This document shows positions 23,779 to 33,041 of a DNA stretch of 64,000 bases, piece by piece. The notes under the pieces were generated by a model. It ran no database searches. It was not told the DNA's origin and was given only the letters and a program-made list of their open reading frames with translations. The DNA lies in NCBI GenBank assembly GCA_963834905.1, contig CAWIDR010000023.1, positions 15,356 through 79,355 on the forward strand, read 5' to 3'. Origin of the DNA: an uncultured Thermoleophilia bacterium (lineage in GTDB: Bacteria > Actinomycetota > Thermoleophilia > UBA2241). A program made the position numbers and the translations under genes. How positions within the stretch are numbered: the first letter of the stretch is position 1; each line of letters starts with the position of its first letter.

Positions 23779-24270
23779 TCAGGCCGCCGCTTCGTCGCTC
23801 GCGGCCTTGACGTCCACCTCGTCCAGGAGCGCGTCGAGCTTCTCCGTCGTGAGGTGGCCGTAGAACTCGCCGTCCAGCTTGACCACCGGAGCGATCGAGC
23901 AGGCGCCGAGGCACGCGACGCTGATGACGGTGAAGCGGCCGTCGGCCGAGTTGCCGTCGTCGCGCAGCTTCAGCCGCCGCTTCAGGTGCTGGGCGAGCGC
24001 GAGACTCTGCTTGACGTGGCACGCCGTGCCGCGGCAGAGCTCGATCACGTGCTCGCCCAGCGGGGCGAAGCGGAACTGGTTGTAGAACGTGGCGACGCCG
24101 TAGACGCGGCTGACCGGCGTCTCCAGAGCCTCGGCCACCCGGACCATCGCGTCCGTGGAGATGAACCCCTCGGCCGCCTGGATCTCCTGCAGCAGCGGGA
24201 TCATCTGCTCGCGCGTGAGCTGTTCCCGGCGTCCGGCGATGATGGATTCGGCGGTGGTCACGACGGTCAC
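23779..24270 (-). CDS. hydC: NuoE-like [2Fe-2S] subunit of the hydrogenase (HydC/HndA)
   Basis: LCRGTACHVKQS...VACLGACSIAPVVKLDGEFYG is the thioredoxin-like 2Fe-2S motif pair. GTG start overlaps the upstream stop. Confidence 0.8.
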   Translation of the reverse strand: MTVVTTAESIIAGRREQLTREQMIPLLQEIQAAEGFISTDAMVRVAEALETPVSRVYGVATFYNQFRFAPLGEHVIELCRGTACHVKQSLALAQHLKRRLKLRDDGNSADGRFTVISVACLGACSIAPVVKLDGEFYGHLTTEKLDALLDEVDVKAASDEAAA

Positions 24271-24686
24271 GCGCCCTTCGCGACGGCCTCGTCCGCGGCC
24301 AGCAGCTCGGCGATCGCGGCGGCGAGGTCGGCGAGCTTGACCGGCTTCTCGAAGAACTTGGCGGCCGGCCATTCCCGGTACATCATCGGCTCGAAGACGT
24401 GCGTCTTGGTCTCGAGTTCCTTGGTGAAGCCGCTCATGATGATGATCGGGATGCGCTCGGTCTCGGGCTCGTCGCGCAGCTTGAAGGCCACGTTGAAGCC
24501 GTCGGTGTCGTAATCCATCATGATGTCGAGCACCACGAGGTCGGGGCGCTGCACGGCGAGCCGCTCGCGCGCCTCGATGCCGCTGTGGGCGGTGTCCACG
24601 TCGTACCCGCGGGCCTCCAGGAACGCCTTGACGCTGGCGACCAGGTCGCGGTCGTCGTCCACCATCAGGATGCGCTTGGCCTTCAT
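24267..24686 (-). CDS. Stand-alone CheY-like receiver domain protein, first gene of the hydrogenase operon
   Basis: MKAKRILMVDDDRDLV...LVVLDIMMDYDTDGF...IIMSG...KP. A strong RBS GGAGGAG precedes the ATG at 24686. Confidence 0.8.
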   Translation of the reverse strand: MKAKRILMVDDDRDLVASVKAFLEARGYDVDTAHSGIEARERLAVQRPDLVVLDIMMDYDTDGFNVAFKLRDEPETERIPIIIMSGFTKELETKTHVFEPMMYREWPAAKFFEKPVKLADLAAAIAELLAADEAVAKGA

Positions 24687-24755
24687 GACTCTCCTCCTCT
24701 GTTCCGCTGCGCACTCGGCGTCCGCCGGTACGAGCCGTTTGGTTACTGTCTTCAC

Positions 24756-24773
24756 AGTGAAATCGTTCACAGT
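24756..24773. promoter_or_regulatory. Rex operator-like palindrome between rex and the hydrogenase operon
   Basis: cAGTGAAATCGTTCACAg fits TGTGA-N6-TCACA with one half-site mismatch. It lies 70-90 nt upstream of the receiver ATG. Confidence 0.45.
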
Positions 24774-24790
24774 AGCCTCGAAAAAAACCC

Positions 24791-25529
24791 TCACGCCGTC
24801 AGCCCCTCGGCCTCGTCCGAGCTCAGCTCTTCCGGCTCGCCCGGCTCCGTCCTCGCCAGGAACGAGAGCATCTCCAGCTTGGACGAGATGTCCGTGTTCT
24901 CGACGAAGCACCCTGCCGGCGCCTTGACGCGCTTGGGGACGAAGTTGAGGACCGCGTGGACGCCGGAGGCGCTGACGCGGTCGACCAGCGTCTGCAGCCC
25001 TTCGGGCCGGGACGCGAGGATCGCCATGTGGACGTCGAACTCGCGCAGCACCGTCTCCAGGCGATCGACGTGGTAGCAGCGCCGGCCGGCGAAGACACGG
25101 CCGACCTTCTCGCTGTCGACGTCGAAGGCCACGGCGATGTGGAAGCCGCGCTCCTCGAAGCCACGGTAGGAGAGGAGGGCCCTCCCCAGGTCGCCCACAC
25201 CGAACAGCGCGACCGCCTGGGTCTCGTCGGTGCCCATGATGCGGCTGATCGTGCGGCTCATCTGGTAGACGTTGTAGCCGCGAGAGATGTTGCCGAAGGT
25301 GCCGAAGCTGGCGAGGTCGCGACGGAGCTGCGCGGGAGTCACTCCGACCAGCTCGGCGAGCGTCGTGGGAGTGGATGTTCTCGACGCCGTCGCGGTCGAG
25401 CTCCTCGAGCACCTTGCGGTAGACGCTGAGCCGCTCGACCGTCTGCAGAGAGACCCGCTTGGCGGGCCGGTCCTGCGGCGTCAGGGCCTCAGGGCCGTTC
25501 TGTTCGCTGGTGCTCAAGGTTCCTCCCAC
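24791..25529 (-). CDS. rex: Redox-sensing transcriptional repressor Rex (winged-helix + NADH-binding Rossmann), 1 frameshift near 25340, start uncertain
   Basis: N-terminus: AKRVSLQTVERLSVYRKVLEEL...GVENIHSH. C-terminus: FGTFGNISRGYNVYQ...VALFGVGDLGRALL...ILASRPEGLQ...VHAVLNFVP. Confidence 0.75.
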
Positions 25530-25540
25530 GGTTCCTATGG

Positions 25541-25558
25541 CTGTGATTCTATTCACAG
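25541..25558. promoter_or_regulatory. Rex operator-like palindrome upstream of rex (possible autoregulation)
   Basis: cTGTGATTCTATTCACAg equals TGTGA-N6-TCACA. Both half-sites are perfect. Confidence 0.5.
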
Positions 25559-25654
25559 TAGCACCGAGCTGTCAAGCGCCCGTCGGCCTCCCGCTCCGAC
25601 ACGGCCGGTCCCCCGGCCAGGCGGGCGGCGCTGCGGCGATGCTGACGAGGGGAG

Positions 25655-25675
25655 GGCCGGCCGTGACGGCCGGCC
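25655..25675 (-). terminator. GC hairpin downstream of the homocysteine methyltransferase gene
   Basis: GGCCGGCCG-TGA-CGGCCGGCC is a perfect 9-bp stem. No U-tract. Confidence 0.4.
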
Positions 25676-25685
25676 GAGCCGGCTG

Positions 25686-26570
25686 CTAGCGGCCCAGGGC
25701 CGCGGCGAGCGCGGCGATGGAGGCGGGCGGCGTGCCGCAGCACCCGCCGACCACCCGTGCGCCGAGCGCCGGATACGTCGCCACCACGGCGGCGAAGTGC
25801 TCCGGCGTCTCCGCATAGACGGTCTCGCCGGCCTCAAGGCGCGGCTGGCCGGCGTTCGGCTGGGCATACGTGAGCCCGCCGCCGAGCTCGGCCAGGACGG
25901 GGACCAGGTCCGCCATCGGCTCGGCGGTGATCTCGCAGTTGCAGCCGACGAGGTCGGCGCCGGCGTCCTTGAGCGCCTCGACGGCGGCCTCCGGGCTCAC
26001 GCCCATCATGGTGCGGAAGCCCTTGGCGGCCGGCTTGAAGGTCATGCTGGCCAGCACCGGCCGTCCATCCGCCGCGGCGACGGCCGCCTCGACGGCGATC
26101 GTCGCCTCGGTGAGGTCGAACATCGTCTCGATGTTGAGGAGGTCGACGCCGCCGGCTACGAGGGCGCGCGCCTGCTCGGCGAACGTGGCGCGCAGCGCGT
26201 CGGGCTCGGCGTTGCCCATGGGCCTCACCATCTGGCCGCAGGGGCCGATGTCACCGGCGACCCAGCGTCCGGGGAACTCACGGTCACGGACGCCGACGGC
26301 GAGGCGCGCGCCGGCCTCGTTGAGCTCCACGGCGCGCGCCGAGAGCCCGTGAGCCTCGAGGCGCATCGCGGTGCCACCGAAGGTGTTGGTGTTCACGATG
26401 TCCGAGCCGGCGGCGTAGAAGCTGCGGTGGATGTCCTCCACCTCGGCCGGGTGCGAGACGTTCCACTCTTCCGGACACTCGCCGGCGGCGAACCCGCGCT
26501 CCATGAGCGCGCGGCCCAGACCGCCGTCGAACAGCAGCGGGCGTTCGGCGATGAGCGCGAAGAGATCCAT
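25686..26570 (-). CDS. Homocysteine S-methyltransferase (Pfam S-methyl_trans, MmuM/BHMT-like)
   Basis: LFDGGLGRAL at the N-terminus. NTF...GVDLLNIETMFDL in the barrel. C-terminal VVGGCCGTPP is the zinc-binding Cys pair. Confidence 0.85.
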   Translation of the reverse strand: MDLFALIAERPLLFDGGLGRALMERGFAAGECPEEWNVSHPAEVEDIHRSFYAAGSDIVNTNTFGGTAMRLEAHGLSARAVELNEAGARLAVGVRDREFPGRWVAGDIGPCGQMVRPMGNAEPDALRATFAEQARALVAGGVDLLNIETMFDLTEATIAVEAAVAAADGRPVLASMTFKPAAKGFRTMMGVSPEAAVEALKDAGADLVGCNCEITAEPMADLVPVLAELGGGLTYAQPNAGQPRLEAGETVYAETPEHFAAVVATYPALGARVVGGCCGTPPASIAALAAALGR

Positions 26571-26593
26571 GCGCAGATTCTAGCAGACGGCCG

Positions 26594-27454
26594 TCAGCCG
26601 TCGCGCGCCGCCACCTCGCGCGCCAGGCGCTCCGCCTCGCGGCGCGGCACGCCCAGGCACACGTGCAGGGCGGCGGCCGTGTCCCTGCGCGAGAGCCCGC
26701 GCGCCAGCAAGGCGGTGGCGGCCGCGTCCGAGTCCGGACGGGCGGTCTCCGCGCCGCTCGGCTGCCCCAGATCGATCACCAGCGTGATCTCGCCACGCAC
26801 GGACGCCCTGAGACCGGCGTCGGGGCCCGGGACGGGATAGTGTTCGCTCAGCTCCCACAGCGTGCCGCGGACCACGTCTTCGTGGATCTTGGTGAGCTCG
26901 CGGCAGACCGCGGCGCGGGCGTCCGGCAGGTGCGCAGCCAGGACCGCCAGGCTGCGCGCCAGGCGCTGGCCGGTGTCGAAGGCGACGAGGAGCCCGCCGC
27001 AGCGCCGCCACGCCGCCAGCGACGACTCCAGGTCGCGGGCACGCCGCGGCAGGTAGCCCACGAAGCGGAAGCCGTCCCCGGTGATCCCCGCCGCCACCAG
27101 CGCGGTGAGCACGGCTGAGGGTCCGGGCAGGACGGTCATCTCCAGCCCTTCGCTCACGACCTTCTGGATCAGCAGCATGCCGGGATCCTGCACGCCGGGC
27201 ATCCCGGCGTCGGTGACCAGCGCGACGGTGGAGCCGTCGCGCAGCAGCCGGAGCACCTCATCGGTCTTCTGCAGCTCGTTGTGCTGGAAGAAGCTCGTCA
27301 GGTGCGTGTGGATGTCGAAGTGGCTGAGGAGCTTGCGCGTGCGGCGCGTGTCCTCGGCCGCGACGAGCTCGGCCTCGCGCAGCGCGCCCAGGACGCGGGG
27401 CGTGACGTCCCCGAGATTGCCGATCGGTGTAGCGCAGACGTACAGCACGCTCAC
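26594..27454 (-). CDS. rsmI: 16S rRNA (cytidine1402-2'-O)-methyltransferase RsmI (tetrapyrrole-methylase fold)
   Basis: VLYVCATPIGNLGDVTPRVL...AEDTRRTRKLL...ALVTDAGMPGVQDPG matches RsmI motifs. Confidence 0.85.
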   Translation of the reverse strand: MSVLYVCATPIGNLGDVTPRVLGALREAELVAAEDTRRTRKLLSHFDIHTHLTSFFQHNELQKTDEVLRLLRDGSTVALVTDAGMPGVQDPGMLLIQKVVSEGLEMTVLPGPSAVLTALVAAGITGDGFRFVGYLPRRARDLESSLAAWRRCGGLLVAFDTGQRLARSLAVLAAHLPDARAAVCRELTKIHEDVVRGTLWELSEHYPVPGPDAGLRASVRGEITLVIDLGQPSGAETARPDSDAAATALLARGLSRRDTAAALHVCLGVPRREAERLAREVAARDG

Positions 27455-28048
27455 CCCTCCTTCAGGAACCGCTCGATGAACAGGACGTCGACGTCCCGCC
27501 CGCGCACGCGCGCGTGGCGGCGGGCCGTGCCGACGATGGAGAAACCCAGCGCCAGGTGGTAGGCGAGCGAGTCGAGGTTGTCGGCGCGCAGGTCGGTGAA
27601 GATCTTGTCGTAGCCGAGGGCGAGCGCGGCGGCGAAGCTGCTCCGCGCGAGCGCCGCCCCCACTCCCTGCCGGCGATGGGCGGCGTCGACGTACGTCCCC
27701 ATCGTCGCGACGTGGTCGTGCTCGGAGGTGACGAACGTGTTCCACGGGATCACCGTCTGGAAGCCGACGATGCCGGCGCCCGGGCGCCTCGGCCACGTGG
27801 AGGAACGAGCGCGCCGGCAGGCTCTCGATGTAGGCGCGCTCCTCGTCCACGGTGAACGTCGTGTCGAGCAGCGTCGGGCTGCCGGCGGCGATGACGCCGT
27901 TGAGCACGGCGGCCACACCGGCCGCATCTTCCGGACCGGCCCGACGCACGGTGACGGCCGCCGGGCGCACGCTCGCCGCGGTGGACACCTCGTTCCTGTG
28001 CGGAGGCGCGGAGCTGTCGAAGGACTCGCGCCGGACGTCGTCGGTCAA
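27451..28048 (-). CDS. GNAT-family N-acetyltransferase, 1 frameshift near 27780
   Basis: AGIVGFQ...YVDAAHRRQGVGAALA...LGYDKIF is the acetyl-CoA-binding R/QxxGxG/A motif. Confidence 0.65.
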
Positions 28049-28139
28049 TGGGGCCCCTTCGTGCTGACTTCCCTATTCTCTCAGGAGTGGCGACCGAGGG
28101 CGAGGGCCGGACGCCGGCGGGCGCGATAGACTGCGCCTC

Positions 28140-28577
28140 ATGCAGGAGTGGAGCGACCACATCCGCGGCGCCCGGCCGGACGACGCGCCCGCGCTGGCGG
28201 AGCTGAGCACCCAGCTCGGCTACCCGTCCACCGAGGCGCAGGTGCGCGAGCGGCTCCGCCTGCTCGAGGACCCCGAGCGCGAACTGCTCGTCGCCGTCGC
28301 CGCCGGCGGCCTGGCCGGGTTCATCGACGTGCACGTGCAGCGCGTCGTCGAGTCGGACCCCTACGGCGAGGTCGGCGGCCTCGTGGTCGGGGCGCCGCAT
28401 CGCGGCGCCGGCCTGGGAGCCGCGCTGCTCGCCGCGGCCGCGGACTGGTCGCGGGCGCGCGGCCTCGAGCGGCTCTGGATCCGCGCCAACCTCGCCCGCG
28501 TCGGCCCGCACGAGTTCTACGAAGCCGTCGGCTGCCGGACGGTCAAGGACCAGCGCGTCTACGAGTATCCGCTGTGA
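28140..28577 (+). CDS. GNAT-family N-acetyltransferase
   Basis: GFIDVHV...VVGAPHRGAGLGAALLAAA...GLERLWIRA. Confidence 0.8.
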   Translation: MQEWSDHIRGARPDDAPALAELSTQLGYPSTEAQVRERLRLLEDPERELLVAVAAGGLAGFIDVHVQRVVESDPYGEVGGLVVGAPHRGAGLGAALLAAAADWSRARGLERLWIRANLARVGPHEFYEAVGCRTVKDQRVYEYPL

Positions 28578-29410
28578 AGCGCATCGCCCTCGGCGACTGC
28601 CTGGACGTCCTGCAGGGCATGGACGAAGGCGTCGCCCGGCTCGTCTACCTCGACCCGCCGTTCAACACCGGCAAGGTACAGGAGCGCACGCGCCTGCGCA
28701 CCGTGCGCGACGCGGACGGAGACCGCAACGGGTTCACGGGCGAGCGGTACCGCACCGAGGTGCTGGGCAGTTCGGCCTGGAGCGACGTGTACGACGACTA
28801 CCTGGGGTTCCTCGCGCCGCGGCTCGAGGCGGCGCGGCGCGTGCTCACGCCCGACGGGTCCCTCTTCTTCCACATCGACCCGCGCGAGGCGCACTACTGC
28901 AAGGTGCTGCTCGACGGGCTGTTCGGCCGCGGGTCGTTCGTCAACGAGATCATCTGGGCCTACGACTACGGCGCCCGTACGCGCACGCGCTGGCCGGCCA
29001 AGCACGACGTCATCTTCTGGTACGCGCGCGACCCGTCGCACTACGTCTTCAACTACGCCGACATCGACCGCGTGCCCTACCTCGCGCCGGGCCTCGTCGG
29101 CCCCGAGAAGGCAGCCCGCGGCAAGACGCCCACAGACGTCTGGTGGCAGACCATCGTGAGCCCGACGGGCAAGGAGAAGACCGGCTACCCGACGCAGAAG
29201 CCGGTCAAGATCCTCGAGCGCATCGTCCGCGTGCACTCGGACCCCGGCGACCTGGTCGTCGACCCGTTCGCCGGCAGCGGCACGACCGGCGAGGCGGCCG
29301 CGAGGCTGGGCCGGGACTATCTGCTGGTGGACGAGAACCCGGACGCCGTGCGGGTGATGCGCGAGCGCCTGGCCTGGGACGGGCCGGAGGTCGTGGCGCC
29401 CGGCCCCTGA
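28574..29410 (+). CDS. Site-specific DNA amino-methyltransferase (N6-adenine or N4-cytosine), beta-class motif order, no adjacent restriction gene
   Basis: LVYLDPPFN (motif IV, DPPF) is near the N-terminus and VVDPFAGSGTT (motif I, AdoMet) near the C-terminus. IV-before-I defines the beta group. GTG overlaps the stop of the preceding GNAT. Confidence 0.85.
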   Translation: MKRIALGDCLDVLQGMDEGVARLVYLDPPFNTGKVQERTRLRTVRDADGDRNGFTGERYRTEVLGSSAWSDVYDDYLGFLAPRLEAARRVLTPDGSLFFHIDPREAHYCKVLLDGLFGRGSFVNEIIWAYDYGARTRTRWPAKHDVIFWYARDPSHYVFNYADIDRVPYLAPGLVGPEKAARGKTPTDVWWQTIVSPTGKEKTGYPTQKPVKILERIVRVHSDPGDLVVDPFAGSGTTGEAAARLGRDYLLVDENPDAVRVMRERLAWDGPEVVAPGP

Positions 29411-29416
29411 AACGCG

Positions 29417-29451
29417 GACGAGGCCGGCTCCCTCAGGGAGCCGGCCTCGTC
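29417..29451. terminator. Perfect 16-bp GC hairpin between convergent MTase and ferredoxin genes
   Basis: GACGAGGCCGGCTCCC-TCA-GGGAGCCGGCCTCGTC. Confidence 0.55.
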
Positions 29452-29473
29452 GACTTCACGCCGCCGAGTGGGA

Positions 29474-29731
<258 letters not shown>

Positions 29732-29837
29732 TCAAGAAGGGTCAGGCGGACGGGTCGCCGGGCCGACGCGATCCTCCCCGGCCGCCCGCGCAGGTGCTCG
29801 CGCTCCACGCCGGATCTGCTCGCTGTGCCGGTCGTGG

Positions 29838-30854
29838 TCAGGCGGGCGAGTCCCCCGGGAACAGCTCGCTGAGGGCGAGGGCCGCCGCGCCGATGAAGCC
29901 GGCGTCGGCGCCGAACGCCGCCGGCACGACCTGCACGCGGTCGCGTGCCGGCGGCAGGGCCCTGGCGGCGAGGACGCGGCGGGCGGGGGCGAAGAGCAGG
30001 TCGCCCGCCGCGGCCGCGCCGCCGCCGACGACGATCAGCTCGGGGTCGAAGATGTTGGAGAGCGTGACCAGGCCGGCGCCGAGGTACTCGCCGGCGCGTT
30101 CGAGCACTGCGATGGCGCCGGCGTCACCCTCCGAGGCGAGCCTGGTCAGCAGCCGGCTGTCGACGGTGCGGCCGGACGCCAGCGCGCGACCCAGCGCGGA
30201 GTCGGGCTCGAGCTCGGCGGCCACCCGCGCGGCGGCGCCCATCGCGGGACCCGCGACGTACGCCTCCAGGCAGCCGTGGTTGGGGCAGTTCGCGGGACAC
30301 TTGGGCCCGTTCACGTCGATGATGATGTGGCCGATCTCGGCGGCGGCCCCGCTCGCGCCGCGCAGAGGGCGGCCGCCGCTGATGATGCCGCCGCCCACGC
30401 CGGTCCCGAGGGTGAGCATGAGCATGTCGCGCGTGCCCACGCCGGCCCCGTAGAGGTGCTCGCCGATGCAGGCGGCCGTGGCGTCGTTGTCGATCACGAC
30501 GGGGACGCCGAAGCGCTGTTCGAGGTGATCGCGCAGCGGCACGTCCGTGAGCGGCAGATTGACCGACTCGACGACGCGCCCGCCGGAGAAGTCGACCATG
30601 GACGCGACCCCCACGCCGATGCCCTCTACGCCGTCCGAGCCGTGCTCGAGGTCGGCCAGGCACGCCTCGACGCCCCGCAGACAGGCTTCCGCCGAGGTCT
30701 GGTCGGTCAGCGTCGTGAACCGGTCGAGGATCTCCGGCGTCTCCACCTCGGCGCGCGTGGGCGCGCCGGGCTCGGGCAGACGCCCGCGCACAAGCGCTGC
30801 GGCGACTTTGGTGCCGCCGATGTCGACGCCGATGACGGTGCGCTCAGGGGTCAT
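29838..30854 (-). CDS. ROK-family sugar kinase (glucokinase-like)
   Basis: VIGVDIGGTKVAAALV, LTLGTGVGGGII and the ROK zinc motif GHIIIDVNGPKCPANCPNHGCLEAY. Confidence 0.8.
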   Translation of the reverse strand: MTPERTVIGVDIGGTKVAAALVRGRLPEPGAPTRAEVETPEILDRFTTLTDQTSAEACLRGVEACLADLEHGSDGVEGIGVGVASMVDFSGGRVVESVNLPLTDVPLRDHLEQRFGVPVVIDNDATAACIGEHLYGAGVGTRDMLMLTLGTGVGGGIISGGRPLRGASGAAAEIGHIIIDVNGPKCPANCPNHGCLEAYVAGPAMGAAARVAAELEPDSALGRALASGRTVDSRLLTRLASEGDAGAIAVLERAGEYLGAGLVTLSNIFDPELIVVGGGAAAAGDLLFAPARRVLAARALPPARDRVQVVPAAFGADAGFIGAAALALSELFPGDSPA

Positions 30855-31001
30855 GACGCCCCGCAGCTTACCATGGTGTAGACTCGTGACTAGAGGAAAC
30901 GCCCGCTCACGGGCGTAGTCTGGTAGAGCATCCGGCGCCCCGCCCCCCGAGACCACGCACATCGACGTCGCGTGCGCTCGCGGGCCGGAGGCGCCTAGCC
31001 T

Positions 31002-32212
31002 ATGACGACACAGGACGAGGACAGAGAAGGGGCCAAGCCCTACAAGACCTACAAGGCGCGCCGCCCGCGGCGCACCCAGGTCGACGACGAACTCGCCGGC
31101 GCGAGGCCGGCGCGCGAGCGCCCGCGCGGCGAACGGGCGCGACGACTCCGGGAGCGCGCCCGACTACCCCCGCCAGTCCGACAAGGCGTACCGCACCTAC
31201 GGTCCCGCGCCGGAGAACGGGCGCAAGGCCGGCAAGAAGGCGAACAAGGGCGCCGGGCAGGCTCCGCGCCGCCGGCGCCGCTTCCGCTGGTGGTTCATCC
31301 CCGTCGGCGTCTTCGCCGTGCTGGCCATCGCCGGCGTGGTCTTCACGGTCCTCGCCTGGCCCGGGTACCAGAAGTTCGACCGGGCCGTCGACAAGGCCAA
31401 CAAGCGCGTCGACAAGAAGACCCGCGCCCAGCTCTCCGCGGACAACGGGTGGATCTGGCGCAACGGCACGACCGTCGCTCTGTTCGGCCTCGACGCCGCC
31501 GGGCTCCCGGCGCACTCCGACACGATCATGCTCATGCGCTTCGACGCCAAGACCCACACCATCAACCAGCTCTCGATCCCCCGCGACACGCTGGTCAACG
31601 TCGACGGCTACGGGCAGCAGAAGATCACCCAGGCGATGTGGTACGGCGGGCCGTCGCTGGCGCTCAAGACCGTCAAGGACTTCACCGGCATCCCCATCAA
31701 CCACATCATGGTCGTGAGCTTCCAGGGCTTCCCGCGACTGGTCAACTCCGTAGGGGGCGTCGACTTCTACGTGCCGCAGACGGTGACCACGGGAGCGGGT
31801 CCCGGCGTAGCGGGCTCCACCCAACGCGTGGTCACGTTCAACGAAGGGCATGCACCACTTCGACGGCAAGAACGCGATGCTCTACGTGCGCATCCGCAAG
31901 GCCTACGTGGCCGGGGGCGACTTCACCCGCGCGGCGCGCCAGCAGGCCTTCCTTCAGGCGCTCCAGAAGAAGCTCATGCGGCCGTCCAACATCACCAAGC
32001 TCCCCGAGATCGGCAAGCACTTCATGAGCGGGGTCACCACCGACCTCACGACCAACCAGATCCTCGAGCTCGCCTACCTCAAGTGGCGCGCCACCGGCGG
32101 CAAGAAGCAGGTCATGAAGGGTGACTTCGGCTGGTACCAGCAGCAGGCCGTCGTGCTTCCGCCGTCAGACGCCCAGAAGGAGAAGGTCATCGCCCGGTTC
32201 CTCGGCGAGTGA
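31002..32212 (+). CDS. LytR-CpsA-Psr (LCP) family cell-envelope phosphotransferase with an Arg-rich cytoplasmic N-tail and one TM, with about 2 frameshifts
   Basis: TM: [25 protein letters not shown] domain: [46 protein letters not shown]...[27 protein letters not shown]. Confidence 0.7.
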
Positions 32213-32215
32213 CCC

Positions 32216-33041
32216 TCAGCGGGGCGATCCGCCCGGATAGCTGACGCGCACCAGCGCCAGCCCCCGGGCCGCCGCGGTCTGGCCCATGCGGCGGCGCTCG
32301 CCGGAGGCCAGCGCCGCCTCGAACTCCTCCAGCGTCATGCGGCCCTGCGCCACGTCGACCATCGAGCCTACGGCGACGCGCACCATGTTGTGCAGGAAGC
32401 TGCCGGCCGTGATCTCGAACGACCAGCGCCGCCCCTCCCCGTCCGGCGTCGGGCCATCGTCGGTCCAGGCGGCGGCCGTCACGTCGCGCACGCAGTGGTG
32501 GTACAGGTGCGCGGAGGGCGTGAGGGCGGAGAAGTCGCGGCGTCCGGGCAGCATCGCGGCCGCCGCCCGCAGCGCCGCCCCGTCCACCGCGCCGCGGAGC
32601 ACCCACACGAAGTCCCGCTCGCGCACGGGTTTCACCGCGGTCGCCCAGAGGTCGTAGCGGTAGCTCCGCGACGCGGCCTCGCGAGCGACGAACGCGGGCT
32701 CCGCCGGCGCCACACGCAGGACGGCGATGTCCGGAGGCAGCAGCGAGTTCAGCGAGAGGCGCAGCCGCTCCGGCGAGAACGTCCGCGCGCGCGCAGGTGA
32801 ACGACGCCACCTGCGCCCAGGCGTGCACCCCGGCGTCCGTGCGCCCGGCCACGCTGAGGGCTGTCCGCTCGCGCAACACCGTGGCCAGCGCGTCCTCCAC
32901 CAGACCCTGCACCGTCGCGAGGCCGGGCTGCCTGGCCCAGCCTCGGTACGCGGTGCCCTGATAGGCGAGGTCCAGCCGCCAGGTGCTTCGTTCGCCCCCG
33001 GCGCCCGCCGAGCCCATCCGATCTGCCGGTCCGCCGCTCAC
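32216..33041 (-). CDS. truA: tRNA pseudouridine(38-40) synthase TruA, 1 frameshift near 32720
   Basis: [30 protein letters not shown]...[15 protein letters not shown] includes the catalytic Asp. The C-terminal frame has [16 protein letters not shown]. Confidence 0.8.

Noticed and set aside
28574-29410. Restriction-modification or other defence island around the DNA methyltransferase
   Set aside because: No endonuclease, specificity subunit, helicase/nuclease or toxin-like ORF lies within several kb on either side. The flanking genes are housekeeping (rsmI, GNATs, ferredoxin, ROK kinase).
30880-30960. tRNA-like segment (GCGTAGTCTGGTAGAGCA resembles a D-arm)
   Set aside because: No acceptor-stem pairing, no anticodon stem and no GTTCGAATC-type T-arm follow. 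It is judged a chance similarity in the ROK/LCP divergent promoter region.
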